From a virus (lineage: Duplodnaviria > Heunggongvirae > Uroviricota > Caudoviricetes), in the IMG/VR virus record IMGVR_UViG_2778261448_000009, positions 1 to 35,006 of that record: DNA of 35,006 bases; one strand, 5' to 3'. Every line of letters begins with the position of its first letter. The stretch's first letter is position 1. The position numbers and the translations under genes are program-made. Shown here piece by piece: positions 8,089 to 17,495 of this stretch. The notes beneath the pieces are model-generated. The model did not search any database. It saw nothing but the letters and a program-made list of their open reading frames with translations, and was not told where the DNA came from.

Positions 8089-9600
8089 ATGTTTAATCTT
8101 TTTCGACGCAAAAAGGCGGTAGAAACTCCAGTTAAAACTAATCACCGCCAGCAACAACAAAAAATCTTTATCGACAAACAAGTAGAAAAATTCCAGAAAG
8201 ATTTGTCTAAGCGTTCTTTGGGCTTAGTCGGTGATCGTATTGATGGATCACTTCAACAAGACACCATTACAGGAACCTTCAATAAGGCTCTCAAATCAAA
8301 CGGTAAGCGCCTTTATGATCAGGGTCGTACTCTGGCCTTAAACACTTCCGTAGGCAGTCGCTACACGCAATACATCACCGATATGGTGGTAGGTACTGGC
8401 CTAGATCCGAAGCCATCAATCGTTAAATCAAATGGCAAACTTGATAGCGCACTGAATAAGCAGATCGAGAATGCTTTCTGGAAGTGGGCGCAGAACGCTA
8501 AACGCTTCTCTCGCAATGGTCGCTTTAACTTCCGTGAACTGCTGGTAATGGCTGAACGTGAGCGCGTTATGGGTGGTGAGTGCTTCATCGTTTTAACCAA
8601 AGAAAACAATGAGTTAAATGTTTCCATCCTGTCTGCTGATAAGTGCGACTGGTCGCTAAACCGTGAAGTAAGCAAAGAACGTGCTATCTATCAGGGGATC
8701 GAGTATGACGTAGAAACAATGAAGCCAGTAGCATACTGGTTTCGTAAAATCAACCTACTGACTCAGACTTACACAGGTGATAACTATCGCGTAGATGCAT
8801 CGCAAGTATGCCATTATTATCAACCACTTACAGCCGAATCCCTGCGTGGTGTGACTGACTTCCTGCCAGTGATCAAGGATATCGCACATCAAGACGCATT
8901 CCGCGAAACTGCAATTATCCAGAAACGTATTGCGGCTAGTTCTATGGGCTTTATCGAACGTCCGAAAGATTCTGGTGACGATTTTGATACTGGTGAAGAG
9001 GATGAACAATATCAAGCGCCGGAAGTAGTACAGGATTTTGCACCTGGTACTATTCAGGAATTACCGGAAGGGGCAACGATCAAGAGCATCCAGGCGACGC
9101 AAAGCGGTGATGACTTCAATTCCTTTAACGATGCGATGTTTACTAGCGTATCAATGGGCTTAGGCGTGTTTAAACAGGGCTTAACTGGCGATACTAGCCA
9201 AATAAATTACAGCGCTGCACGCTACGGCGAATTACTTCAAAGAACGCGCGTTAAAGCACTGCAAAACAAATTGATTGAAACAGTGGTGTCGCCCATTTTC
9301 GAAGCATATCTACGCCATTATTCCGCGCGTGGTATTGTTCCGATTCGTATTACTGCAATTCCACATATTATCGATAATACAACTATTATTCGTCCGCGTT
9401 TTGAATCCGTCGATCCATTTAAAGACGTAAGCGCCGAGATTGCTTTAATTGATAAAGGACTTAAATCACGTACTGCCGTTATTCTTGAACGTGGTGATGA
9501 TCCTGAAAAAGTATTCTCAGAGATTCAAGCCGAAAAGAGCGCACTAAATATTATCGTTAATGGCGAGGGTGAAGAAAAAAATTCCCCAGCCGATCCCTAA
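8089..9600 (+). CDS. portal protein, 503 aa
   Basis: Position immediately after terminase and before the protease-capsid gene; size typical of lambda-family portals; acidic C-terminal tail. Confidence 0.7.
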   Translation: MFNLFRRKKAVETPVKTNHRQQQQKIFIDKQVEKFQKDLSKRSLGLVGDRIDGSLQQDTITGTFNKALKSNGKRLYDQGRTLALNTSVGSRYTQYITDMVVGTGLDPKPSIVKSNGKLDSALNKQIENAFWKWAQNAKRFSRNGRFNFRELLVMAERERVMGGECFIVLTKENNELNVSILSADKCDWSLNREVSKERAIYQGIEYDVETMKPVAYWFRKINLLTQTYTGDNYRVDASQVCHYYQPLTAESLRGVTDFLPVIKDIAHQDAFRETAIIQKRIAASSMGFIERPKDSGDDFDTGEEDEQYQAPEVVQDFAPGTIQELPEGATIKSIQATQSGDDFNSFNDAMFTSVSMGLGVFKQGLTGDTSQINYSAARYGELLQRTRVKALQNKLIETVVSPIFEAYLRHYSARGIVPIRITAIPHIIDNTTIIRPRFESVDPFKDVSAEIALIDKGLKSRTAVILERGDDPEKVFSEIQAEKSALNIIVNGEGEEKNSPADP

Positions 9601-9608
9601 TAACCAAC

Positions 9609-9625
9609 GGGGGCGCAATGCCCCC
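9609..9625 (+). other. intercistronic stem-loop between portal and capsid genes
   Basis: GGGGGC-GCAAT-GCCCCC; no U-run follows. Confidence 0.4.
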
Positions 9626-9645
9626 AATTAATTAAAGGTGATTAA

Positions 9646-11658
9646 ATGCTTAAATTTCGCCGCGATCTTAACGGTTACGGTGGAGTTATTAACGAAGGGC
9701 ATAACGATCAATACGAGTTTGAAATTGCTTTCTCAAGTACACAGCCTTATCAGCGCCAATTTTGGGATGAGCAAAATCAAGAAATGGTGGTATTAGATGA
9801 AATTCTGGTACATACACCGGAAGCGGTTGATCTGTCTCGTCTGAATAATAACGCTCCGTTGCTGTTCAATCATAATTTCGATAATCATATTGGTGTCGTT
9901 TGTAACGCTCGAATCGATGCGGATAACGTAGGTCGTGCTCTGGTTAGATTCTCTAAGCATGGCACTTTGGCTAATGATATTCGCAATAAAGTCATTGAAG
10001 GTACGATGGAAAAAATTTCTGTCGGTTATGACATTAAAGAATATCACATCGACTACACCAAAGGACAACTGATTGTTACTAAGTGGGCACCCTATGAACT
10101 CTCATTTGTCACCGTTCCCGCAGACGATACGGTCGGTTTAAATCGCTCTCTAAATACTATCACAGTTAATTTGGAGGCTAAACGCGATATGACTAAAGAA
10201 CAAATTGAAGAAATCAAAGAAGAACAAGAATCCGCTCAGGTTGAAGAAACTCCGGTAGAAGAAAATAAAGAACCGGAAGTTGAAGAAACTCAAGAGCGCC
10301 AAGTTGAAGAGAATAAAGAAGATGAAAATCTCGAAGACGGAAAAGACGCTAAACATCCTGAAAGTGTTGATGATGATAGTTCAACTGTTCGGGAAACAGA
10401 AGAAGTAAAAGAAGAACGTGAAGCTGCTCCGGTTGAAGAAGAAAAAATCGAGGAAGTGGCTGAACGTTCCGAAGAAGACGAATTAGAAATTCGCGAAATT
10501 GCACGCGAGTTAAATATTAACGAAGACGATGAAGAATTTAAACGCGCATTGGCAAATAAAGAAATTACGCCGGAAGCATTCCGCACTAAGGCACTAAATA
10601 AAATCGCTACTGCTCAACGTAACAACGAACAACAAATTAAGGACTCTAAAATGGAAAAAACTTTTGACCTGAACAACGTAATTCGCTCTCTGGTAGATGG
10701 TGCTGCTCTGGGCGCTCATGAAGCTGAATATTCCGCTATGGCTGCTGGTGCTGCAATGCAGCGTGGTCGTGCTGCTCGCGGTGGCTCTGTATTCGTTCCG
10801 GCTGCTGCTATGCGTGCTGCTTCTGCTGGTAACACCAAAGCCGACCTGACCGCTATCACTGACGAAAAACTGATGACTGAATCCTACATCGAAATGCTGA
10901 TGCCGGAATCTGTTCTGGGTCGTCTGGGTGTGACTGTTTACAGTGGCTTGAACTCCCCGACCGCTATTCCAAAAATGACTAAATCCAGCGTTGACGCTTT
11001 CGGCTTCGTTGATGAAAACGGTGCTGCACCGGAAAGCAAAGCTGAATTTGCGAACGTGAAACTGTCTCCGAAAACTTTTGCTGGTGGCAACCCGATCAGC
11101 CGTCAGTCGCTGAAAACCGTTCCGGGCATCGCTACCCTGATCACTGATCACATTAACAAAGCTGTTCGCATCAAACTGGAACAACTGATTCTGTCTGATA
11201 AAGCTAACGACCGTGGTCCGGCTGGTCTGGTTAAGCAACTGGTAGACGCTAGCCGCGTTACCAAGAAAGCTGCTTTCTCTTACAAAGACTTCCTGAAAGA
11301 AATTGCAGCACTGACCGACGCTGGCGTTCCTGCTCAGGCGATCAAGTTTGCGATGAGCGGTGCAACTGCTTCTGAACTGGAATCTACCCTGAAAGATAAC
11401 GGCGTTTCCGGTTATATCATCGAAAACGGCAAACTGGCTGGTTACGAAGTAGTTACTTCTGGCGTTATCCCGGCAGACCACATCGTTCTGGGTGACTTCT
11501 CCGGTATTACTATCGGTGAGTGGGGAGGTCTGGAACTCGACATGGATCTAACTACATATAGGGATCGTGGTGCGGTAGTGCCTCGTATCTTTGTAGATTT
11601 GGACTACGTTGTAGCACAGCCGGAAGCTCTGAAAGTTCTTCACATCTCCGCTGAATGA
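9646..11658 (+). CDS. prohead protease (HK97 gp4-like) - acidic scaffold - major capsid protein, single 670-aa ORF
   Basis: N-terminal LLFNHNFDNHIG, ISVGY and YELSFVTVPA resemble HK97 protease motifs ALFNHD, SFAF and FDVSPVTYPA as I recall them. Residues about 185-300 are E-rich and repetitive. The C-terminal 330 aa have capsid-like composition. TGA stop. Confidence 0.7.
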   Translation: MLKFRRDLNGYGGVINEGHNDQYEFEIAFSSTQPYQRQFWDEQNQEMVVLDEILVHTPEAVDLSRLNNNAPLLFNHNFDNHIGVVCNARIDADNVGRALVRFSKHGTLANDIRNKVIEGTMEKISVGYDIKEYHIDYTKGQLIVTKWAPYELSFVTVPADDTVGLNRSLNTITVNLEAKRDMTKEQIEEIKEEQESAQVEETPVEENKEPEVEETQERQVEENKEDENLEDGKDAKHPESVDDDSSTVRETEEVKEEREAAPVEEEKIEEVAERSEEDELEIREIARELNINEDDEEFKRALANKEITPEAFRTKALNKIATAQRNNEQQIKDSKMEKTFDLNNVIRSLVDGAALGAHEAEYSAMAAGAAMQRGRAARGGSVFVPAAAMRAASAGNTKADLTAITDEKLMTESYIEMLMPESVLGRLGVTVYSGLNSPTAIPKMTKSSVDAFGFVDENGAAPESKAEFANVKLSPKTFAGGNPISRQSLKTVPGIATLITDHINKAVRIKLEQLILSDKANDRGPAGLVKQLVDASRVTKKAAFSYKDFLKEIAALTDAGVPAQAIKFAMSGATASELESTLKDNGVSGYIIENGKLAGYEVVTSGVIPADHIVLGDFSGITIGEWGGLELDMDLTTYRDRGAVVPRIFVDLDYVVAQPEALKVLHISAE

Positions 11659-11745
11659 AATAACGAAGAATTGCCGGAAGAAATTCCGGTAGTTACGGCG
11701 AAAGCCACAGCTAAAAAGGTGGGACGTCCACCGAAAGCAAAATAA
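11659..11745 (+). other. in-frame 28-codon extension after the capsid TGA stop (candidate readthrough product NNEELPEEIPVVTAKATAKKVGRPPKAK)
   Basis: No in-frame stop until TAA at 11743-11745; conserved with the extension after the tail-tube gene, including synonymous codon differences. Confidence 0.5.
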
Positions 11746-11750
11746 TAATT

Positions 11751-11777
11751 AGCCCTGCCTAACGGTGGGGCTTTTTT
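11751..11777 (+). terminator. rho-independent terminator
   Basis: AGCCCTGCC-TAAC-GGTGGGGCT then TTTTTT; near-identical to the terminator at 17621. Confidence 0.75.
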
Positions 11778-11807
11778 GTATGTAAATACTCCATAAAGGG
11801 GGTAACT

Positions 11808-12098
11808 ATGTTCAAATTATCAGAATCACAATTATCAAGAATGTTTAAGAGTGCTCCTGTATTTGTGGTGGAAGGTGGTAAATCAATTCGTGCTTATCAT
11901 GAAATTACTACTACCGACGAATCAGGTGTAATGACAGAAACCGAATTTCTATTCTGTCGTGAGGGAGACTTAAAGCAAGGTGATATTGTCACAGTAGAAA
12001 ACCAGCGTTTCAAAGTTCAATACGTTAAGCGCAATGGTGACAATACTTGTGATTGCTTTATCACTTTAGCAGGGGGTACACATGCTCGCTACCGTTAA
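11808..12098 (+). CDS. hypothetical head-tail joining protein, 96 aa (lambda FII position)
   Basis: RBS AAGGGGGTAACT before the ATG; assignment by synteny only. Confidence 0.4.
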   Translation: MFKLSESQLSRMFKSAPVFVVEGGKSIRAYHEITTTDESGVMTETEFLFCREGDLKQGDIVTVENQRFKVQYVKRNGDNTCDCFITLAGGTHARYR

Positions 12099-12504
12099 TA
12101 ATATGCCGAGACTGAAAATCAAACGCGCCTTGCAAGATATTATCGAACAAGATTTAGGTCTGGCTTTAAACGTAGAACAAACTCAGCAAGGCTTTAGTGA
12201 TGACGTGGTTTGTTGGATTACTGGCATGAATGAAACTTATACGCGTGTTCGTGGTGGTAATGCAATGCAAGCTGAATGCGTTATCGAAATGCAATTATAT
12301 TCTCAGATTCATGAAACCAAAATTCATGAGGGTATTTGCCAGATAATCCAGATTCAGCCGGATAACCCACGTTTTAAAGATTTGGGCTTCTCAATTTCAG
12401 ATATCACTCCAGTAGCTTCTAATACCGATTATGACGATGATTCTAGTGATGGGGGTATCGTTGGGACACTTAGCCTTAAATTTTCTTATCTAGCGCGTTT
12501 TTAA
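12082..12504 (+). CDS. hypothetical head-tail or tail-completion protein, 140 aa (lambda Z/U position)
   Basis: Overlaps the upstream gene by 17 nt; AGGGGG before the ATG; assignment by synteny only. Confidence 0.4.
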   Translation: MLATVNNMPRLKIKRALQDIIEQDLGLALNVEQTQQGFSDDVVCWITGMNETYTRVRGGNAMQAECVIEMQLYSQIHETKIHEGICQIIQIQPDNPRFKDLGFSISDITPVASNTDYDDDSSDGGIVGTLSLKFSYLARF

Positions 12505-12513
12505 GGGGTAATA

Positions 12514-13347
12514 ATGAATATTACACAAGATAACTTAGACATTTTCACGGGGTCACATGTTGTCGTTTCCGTGTCTGATATGGTTGATAACCAGCCGGAC
12601 TTCTTCGATCCCAGCTTTAGCCCGATTGATAACGTGGCATCATTCCCGACGATCACCGAATCCACCGAGATAGAAACTCTTGAGGAATATGATCATGATG
12701 CTACTGGTAAACTTGCCGGATACCGCAAATTAGAACCGACTACGCTTGTTTTAAACCGTGTTCTTGACGATGAACATCAAGCAATGTTGATGAAAGCGGT
12801 AGAGGATAAAACACCTTTACGCTTCCGTATGTTCTATGTTGTGAACTCTGGCTATAGTGCTGCTAACACTGGTTACTATGTCATCTATGACGCTTATGTC
12901 ACATCACACAAAACCCGTGGTAGTGATAACAAAGCTGTAACACTGGAATTTAAACTTGAACCAGATGGCGGGATTTTGGATCGCGGTATTGCAACCGAGG
13001 GTCGTCTGCTCCGTCAGGGCGATATGGGCGTTGGTGCAGGAATTAGCCCGTTCACTGGTCCTACCGATAGCGAAGTATTAGCGGGTAACAGATTTGTAAC
13101 TTACAAGGGAACTGCTAGCGGTAATCCATACTCAGCTGACACATCATTAATTCACCTTCAAGCTAATGAGCATGGCGCATGGCAATTAACCTGTAATACT
13201 TCTGGCGCACCGCGTTTACGTGTCCGAAATATTCAGGAAAACGGTCGTTCTGAATGGATCAAGGTATATTCCACCAATGAGAAACCGACACCTAGCGAAA
13301 TTGGCGCAGTGGCTAAGACTGACCGGATCGATTTCGGCGAATACTAA
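12514..13347 (+). CDS. major-tail-protein (gpV-like) paralog with an extra C-terminal domain, 277 aa
   Basis: N-terminal DIFTG motif shared with the 157-aa gene at 17022; DDEHQAMLMKAVEDKTPLRFRMF resembles lambda gpV [23 protein letters not shown] as I recall it; C-terminal EKPTPSEIGAVAK recurs in the fibre. Confidence 0.5.
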   Translation: MNITQDNLDIFTGSHVVVSVSDMVDNQPDFFDPSFSPIDNVASFPTITESTEIETLEEYDHDATGKLAGYRKLEPTTLVLNRVLDDEHQAMLMKAVEDKTPLRFRMFYVVNSGYSAANTGYYVIYDAYVTSHKTRGSDNKAVTLEFKLEPDGGILDRGIATEGRLLRQGDMGVGAGISPFTGPTDSEVLAGNRFVTYKGTASGNPYSADTSLIHLQANEHGAWQLTCNTSGAPRLRVRNIQENGRSEWIKVYSTNEKPTPSEIGAVAKTDRIDFGEY

Positions 13348-13379
13348 GGATTCTCCTACCTAAATAAAACATGAACGTT

Positions 13380-13410
13380 GGGAGGTTAACGCCTCCCTTA
13401 TTCCTGTTTT
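13380..13410 (+). terminator. terminator-like hairpin
   Basis: GGGAGG-TTAACG-CCTCCC followed by a U-rich tract. Confidence 0.5.
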
Positions 13411-13428
13411 ATAGTGAGGTGATTCTAG

Positions 13429-16400
13429 ATGCAATCAATCCAATTTAAACGCACACAGACGGCTGGTAAAAAGCCGACGCCGGAACAATTATCACAGGGT
13501 GAAATCGCCTTACAGTTGGCGGATCATGTGATTTACACCAAAGACAAAAATAATAACGTAGTCCAAATTAGTGTTTCTCCAGAAAAACACGCTGAACTGA
13601 ATACGAAAGTAGACACCAACAAGGTCAATACAGATAAAGTCATTTCAGCAAATAAAACCGAAGCCGCTAATAATCTGGCTAGTGCTAAAGCTGAACTGAA
13701 TCAGACTATCACTTCTACCCGTGATACTCTCAATGCTTCAATCACTGCTGGCGATACCGCAGCCAACAAACGAATTGATGCTTTGACTACCACAGTAGGT
13801 AACAATAAAACCGAAGCGGCTAACGCTCTGGCGGCTGCTAAGACTGAACTGAATCAGACTATTACTTCAACCCGCGATACTATCAACGCGACAATTAACA
13901 AGAACAAGACAGATATTAATGCGCGAGTTGATCAGACGAATACCAACGTTACCAACTTAACGAATACTGTCGCAGCAAATAAATCAGCAATAGAAAAGAC
14001 GGTAGCGGATAATAAGAAAGATGCGGACACGAAGATCACCAATCTTACTAGTACGGTCTCTGCGAATAAGACGGCCATTGAAAGAACTGTTGCAAATAAC
14101 AAGGCCAGTGCCGATGCCGCAATTGCCGCAGCTAATCAGCGAATTGATTCGATTGAAGGTAGTGCCGATGCTGCTTACATCAAGAAGAATACCAACACTT
14201 ACCATCACGGCTATCTGTTAACCAAAACAGCTAACTATTTGGAAGACCAGACAGCGAGAGATCTTAACTACTTTGGTGCTTTCCGTACCAATGGTCAAGA
14301 TGGACTCATGGATCTAACTCTTAACGTTCCTCACTCTGCCGGCAAAGCGCACGGTCGCGGATTTACTTTCCGTTATGCGTCTGGTGGATCTCGTGTTGAA
14401 ACCTATGGTTTTGATAGAGAAGGACAGAAGAACTTTAGCTATAAGATGTATCACGAAGGTGATAAGCCGACTCCTGGCGAGATTGGTGCATACACCAAAG
14501 CCGAAGTTGATAAGATGTTTGTTAAAAACGTCGTTATGTCTGTTCCCAATTCTAGCGAAAACGTATCTGCATATTTCAAATTGGCAACCGCAACAATTCC
14601 ACAAAACGGGCGTAGTGTGTTTTTCCGTATTCATGGTGGTAATGGTTACAACGTTACGGCATATGACCAAGTTGATGTAGTAGAAATTCTTCTCCGTAGT
14701 GGTAACGATAGACCTAAAGGTCTTAACGTAATTGCATACCGTAGAAATACAAACAAAGATTTTGAGGTATTTGCTGTCAATACTTCCGGTGATAACTATG
14801 ATATCTACGTGAAATATCAGCGTTATACCGATAACGTTATTGTCGAATATGGGAAATCTGTTTATGTAAGTTTGACGGTTTATGATACGCCGGAAGCCAC
14901 GTTAATTAAACCTTCCGTTGGTGTTATCGGTGGTCGCAACGTAACTCTTTTTAACACAGAAAATAAACGTGGTGTGTTGAGTTTTGACGATAACACACAA
15001 AATAGTTATGATATTGTTCACTTGAGTAATGATAGGGGTACTGGTCGGAAATATATTCGTAAATTCCGTAGCAACTATAACGAAATGATCTGGCATGAGA
15101 CGGTTCAAGGTTCTACTTATCGACTCGCCACGGGTAGTACAGATTCTCAGGAGATTCTATCCGTTGAATCTAGTAGCTCTATTGCTGGGACTCATAAAGG
15201 TAATATTCTTTCTGGTCGAATGATGTTGGGTGGCGGTAGTAATGTTATTACCTTGCGGCGTCCTGCTGGTCAATCCAACCATATTGCGTTTCAAGATAAT
15301 CGGACTGGAGATATTACCCGTCAAGGGTGGATCGGTTATGGTAATGCTGATACTAACGTTTTTGAATGGTATAGTGATGTAGGTGGTACTTCTATTCGTC
15401 ACCACATAGACGGACAGATCGAATTTCAGACAGGTAACACAAAACGAGTTTATACTAACGCTCAATTCATCTCAATGAATAGCGACGCCTACCGCATGAT
15501 CTACGGTAATTATGGTGCATTCTGGCGTAATGACGGCAATAAAGTTTATCTTCTTTCTACTGCCGAAAATGATAAATTGGGCGGATGGAATGGAAACAGA
15601 CCGTTCATTTACGATTTGACTAACGGTAAAGTTACTTTAGGCGGTGATGGTAACGAAGGTGCATTAGTTCTTGAAAGAGATAGCCGTGCTGCCCGTTTTA
15701 GCAACAATGTATTCTTAGAAAAAGGACTGCTTACTTTCTCTGCTGGTGGAAATCAGTCGATGGATTCTTTTACGATTAACCATTGGGGGAATAGTAATGC
15801 CAATCGATATAACGTTTTGCAATTCCAGGACACTAGCGGAACTCACTTTACTACAGAACGTAACGGTACTGGTGGCTTACTTGCTCATTTCCGAGGGGAT
15901 TTAACTACCGAAGGAAAATTAACGTGGGGCAAAAATACAGCTACTTCTAGCTTTAATATCCGTGCGTGGGGTGCTGATGCTCGTAAACAAGTATTCGAAT
16001 GTGCGGACGAAAGCGGTTGGCACTGGTACACACAACGACCGGGCGGTCCGGGTACTGAATTAATCGAGTTTGCCATCAACGGTACTGTTAAACCTAAAGC
16101 AATTCACACTGGCGGTAATATCACGCTTAACGGTGCTGATATTGAGTTTCGTCGCAGTGGCAATAAGCATTTGTGGTTTAGAGATCCAAATGGCTTAGAA
16201 TTGGGTCTGTTGTACTGCGATGATGCTGGCGTTATGCGTATGCGCGGTGAGAAACAAACCGAAGTCTGGAAATTCGGCGGTAAGATGATTCACCTTGAAA
16301 CGGGCACTGTATCCGGTGGCGGTAATGGTCTTATTCGTGGTAGCGTTGCTGGTGGTAGTTGGGCTAGCTGGCGTGATCGTGCTTCTGGTATTCAGGTCGA

Positions 16401-16965
16401 TTGTCAACAATCAACCGATTCCGCTCATAACGTATGGAAAGCAACCCATCAAGGTAAATATCATATCGCAGCAATGGGTGTACATGTTCCTAGCGGTACT
16501 ATCGGTAACGCTACAGTTAAACTTCATGTTCATGACGCTGGTTTTGACTTTAACGCTGCTGGTGACTTTACCGCAGGTCGTAACGGTTCGTTTAACGATG
16601 TTTACATTCGCTCTGACTCCCGTTTGAAGATTAACAAGGAAGAATTACAGGACGGTGCATTAGAGAAAGTAAACTCCCTGAAAGTATACTCTTACGATAA
16701 AGTTAAATCTCTTTCCGATGACACAGTGATTAAACGCGAAGTAGGTATTATTGCTCAGGATCTGGAAAAAGTATTACCGGAAGCAGTAGGTATTCAATCC
16801 ACCGAAGATCCAGAACATCCAGAAGCAATCAAGACTATTTCTAACTCTGCTGTCAATGCTTTAATCATCAAAGCAATGCAGGAAATGACCGCTAAGTTTG
16901 ATGCTATGGCTAAAGAACTTGCCGAAACTAAAGCTGAATTAGCCGAACTGAAAGCAACTAAATAA
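13429..16965 (+). CDS. side tail fibre, 1178 aa, with C-terminal intramolecular chaperone (peptidase S74-like) domain
   Basis: N-terminus MQSIQFKRTQTAGKKPTPEQLSQGEIALQLADHVIY; tandem about 50-aa repeats (NKTEAAN-LA-AK-ELNQTITSTRDT) at nt about 13650-13900; C-terminal SDSRLKINKEELQDG...VGIIAQDLEKVLPEAV followed by a coiled coil, as in self-cleaving fibre chaperone domains. Confidence 0.75.
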   Translation: MQSIQFKRTQTAGKKPTPEQLSQGEIALQLADHVIYTKDKNNNVVQISVSPEKHAELNTKVDTNKVNTDKVISANKTEAANNLASAKAELNQTITSTRDTLNASITAGDTAANKRIDALTTTVGNNKTEAANALAAAKTELNQTITSTRDTINATINKNKTDINARVDQTNTNVTNLTNTVAANKSAIEKTVADNKKDADTKITNLTSTVSANKTAIERTVANNKASADAAIAAANQRIDSIEGSADAAYIKKNTNTYHHGYLLTKTANYLEDQTARDLNYFGAFRTNGQDGLMDLTLNVPHSAGKAHGRGFTFRYASGGSRVETYGFDREGQKNFSYKMYHEGDKPTPGEIGAYTKAEVDKMFVKNVVMSVPNSSENVSAYFKLATATIPQNGRSVFFRIHGGNGYNVTAYDQVDVVEILLRSGNDRPKGLNVIAYRRNTNKDFEVFAVNTSGDNYDIYVKYQRYTDNVIVEYGKSVYVSLTVYDTPEATLIKPSVGVIGGRNVTLFNTENKRGVLSFDDNTQNSYDIVHLSNDRGTGRKYIRKFRSNYNEMIWHETVQGSTYRLATGSTDSQEILSVESSSSIAGTHKGNILSGRMMLGGGSNVITLRRPAGQSNHIAFQDNRTGDITRQGWIGYGNADTNVFEWYSDVGGTSIRHHIDGQIEFQTGNTKRVYTNAQFISMNSDAYRMIYGNYGAFWRNDGNKVYLLSTAENDKLGGWNGNRPFIYDLTNGKVTLGGDGNEGALVLERDSRAARFSNNVFLEKGLLTFSAGGNQSMDSFTINHWGNSNANRYNVLQFQDTSGTHFTTERNGTGGLLAHFRGDLTTEGKLTWGKNTATSSFNIRAWGADARKQVFECADESGWHWYTQRPGGPGTELIEFAINGTVKPKAIHTGGNITLNGADIEFRRSGNKHLWFRDPNGLELGLLYCDDAGVMRMRGEKQTEVWKFGGKMIHLETGTVSGGGNGLIRGSVAGGSWASWRDRASGIQVDCQQSTDSAHNVWKATHQGKYHIAAMGVHVPSGTIGNATVKLHVHDAGFDFNAAGDFTAGRNGSFNDVYIRSDSRLKINKEELQDGALEKVNSLKVYSYDKVKSLSDDTVIKREVGIIAQDLEKVLPEAVGIQSTEDPEHPEAIKTISNSAVNALIIKAMQEMTAKFDAMAKELAETKAELAELKATK

Positions 16966-16972
16966 TAAAAGT

Positions 16973-16991
16973 CGGGGGACTAGTTCCCCCG
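16973..16991 (+). terminator. hairpin after the fibre gene, weak terminator
   Basis: CGGGGGA-CTAGT-TCCCCCG; the downstream U-run is poor. Confidence 0.4.
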
Positions 16992-17021
16992 TTATAACAA
17001 ATTTAATTAAGGGGTAATTAT

Positions 17022-17495
17022 ATGTCTCAACAATTCAAAGATATTTTTACTGGTGGTTTGGTAAGTCTGTTCTATCACGCTGATACCACTAACACCGATC
17101 TTGCTGATGAAGCATACGAAGAAATTAAAGAGTGTGCTGGTTTTCCTGAAACTGGTATCGAGCGCGGTACTGTAGAAGTTAAATCCTTCTCTTCTCAGTA
17201 TAACCGTAAACTGGTAGGGAAGCTGAACGTTCCTGATCTGACTCTGACCGTTAACTACATCCCAGGCGATGCGGTACATGAAAAACTGATCAAAGCTGCC
17301 GAAGACGGTACTCGTATTCAGATTAAAGTAGAATATTACGTTGACGCAGCAAAACAGACTGGTATTCGCACCGCTTTCAACGGCTTCATTTCTAAAGTTG
17401 CTATGAACGGTGGCGATGAAGAAGTTGTAACCAAAGAGTTTACCTTTGCTGTTGATGGTGCTCCGCTGAAACAGCAAATCTTCACTGCCGGATGA
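17022..17495 (+). CDS. major tail tube protein, gpV N-domain-like, 157 aa
   Basis: DLTLTVNYIPGD, EDGTRIQIKVEY, FNGFISKVA and TKEFTFAV parallel lambda gpV [32 protein letters not shown] and TRTVKVTNV as I recall them; RBS AAGGGGTAATT; strong terminator downstream; TGA stop. Confidence 0.65.
   Translation: MSQQFKDIFTGGLVSLFYHADTTNTDLADEAYEEIKECAGFPETGIERGTVEVKSFSSQYNRKLVGKLNVPDLTLTVNYIPGDAVHEKLIKAAEDGTRIQIKVEYYVDAAKQTGIRTAFNGFISKVAMNGGDEEVVTKEFTFAVDGAPLKQQIFTAG

Noticed and set aside
10594-11481. 295-aa minus-strand ORF, with other antisense ORFs inside the capsid gene
   Set aside because: It is antisense to the capsid domain, whose forward translation is clearly protein-like; the antisense product is Ser/Thr/Phe-rich low complexity.
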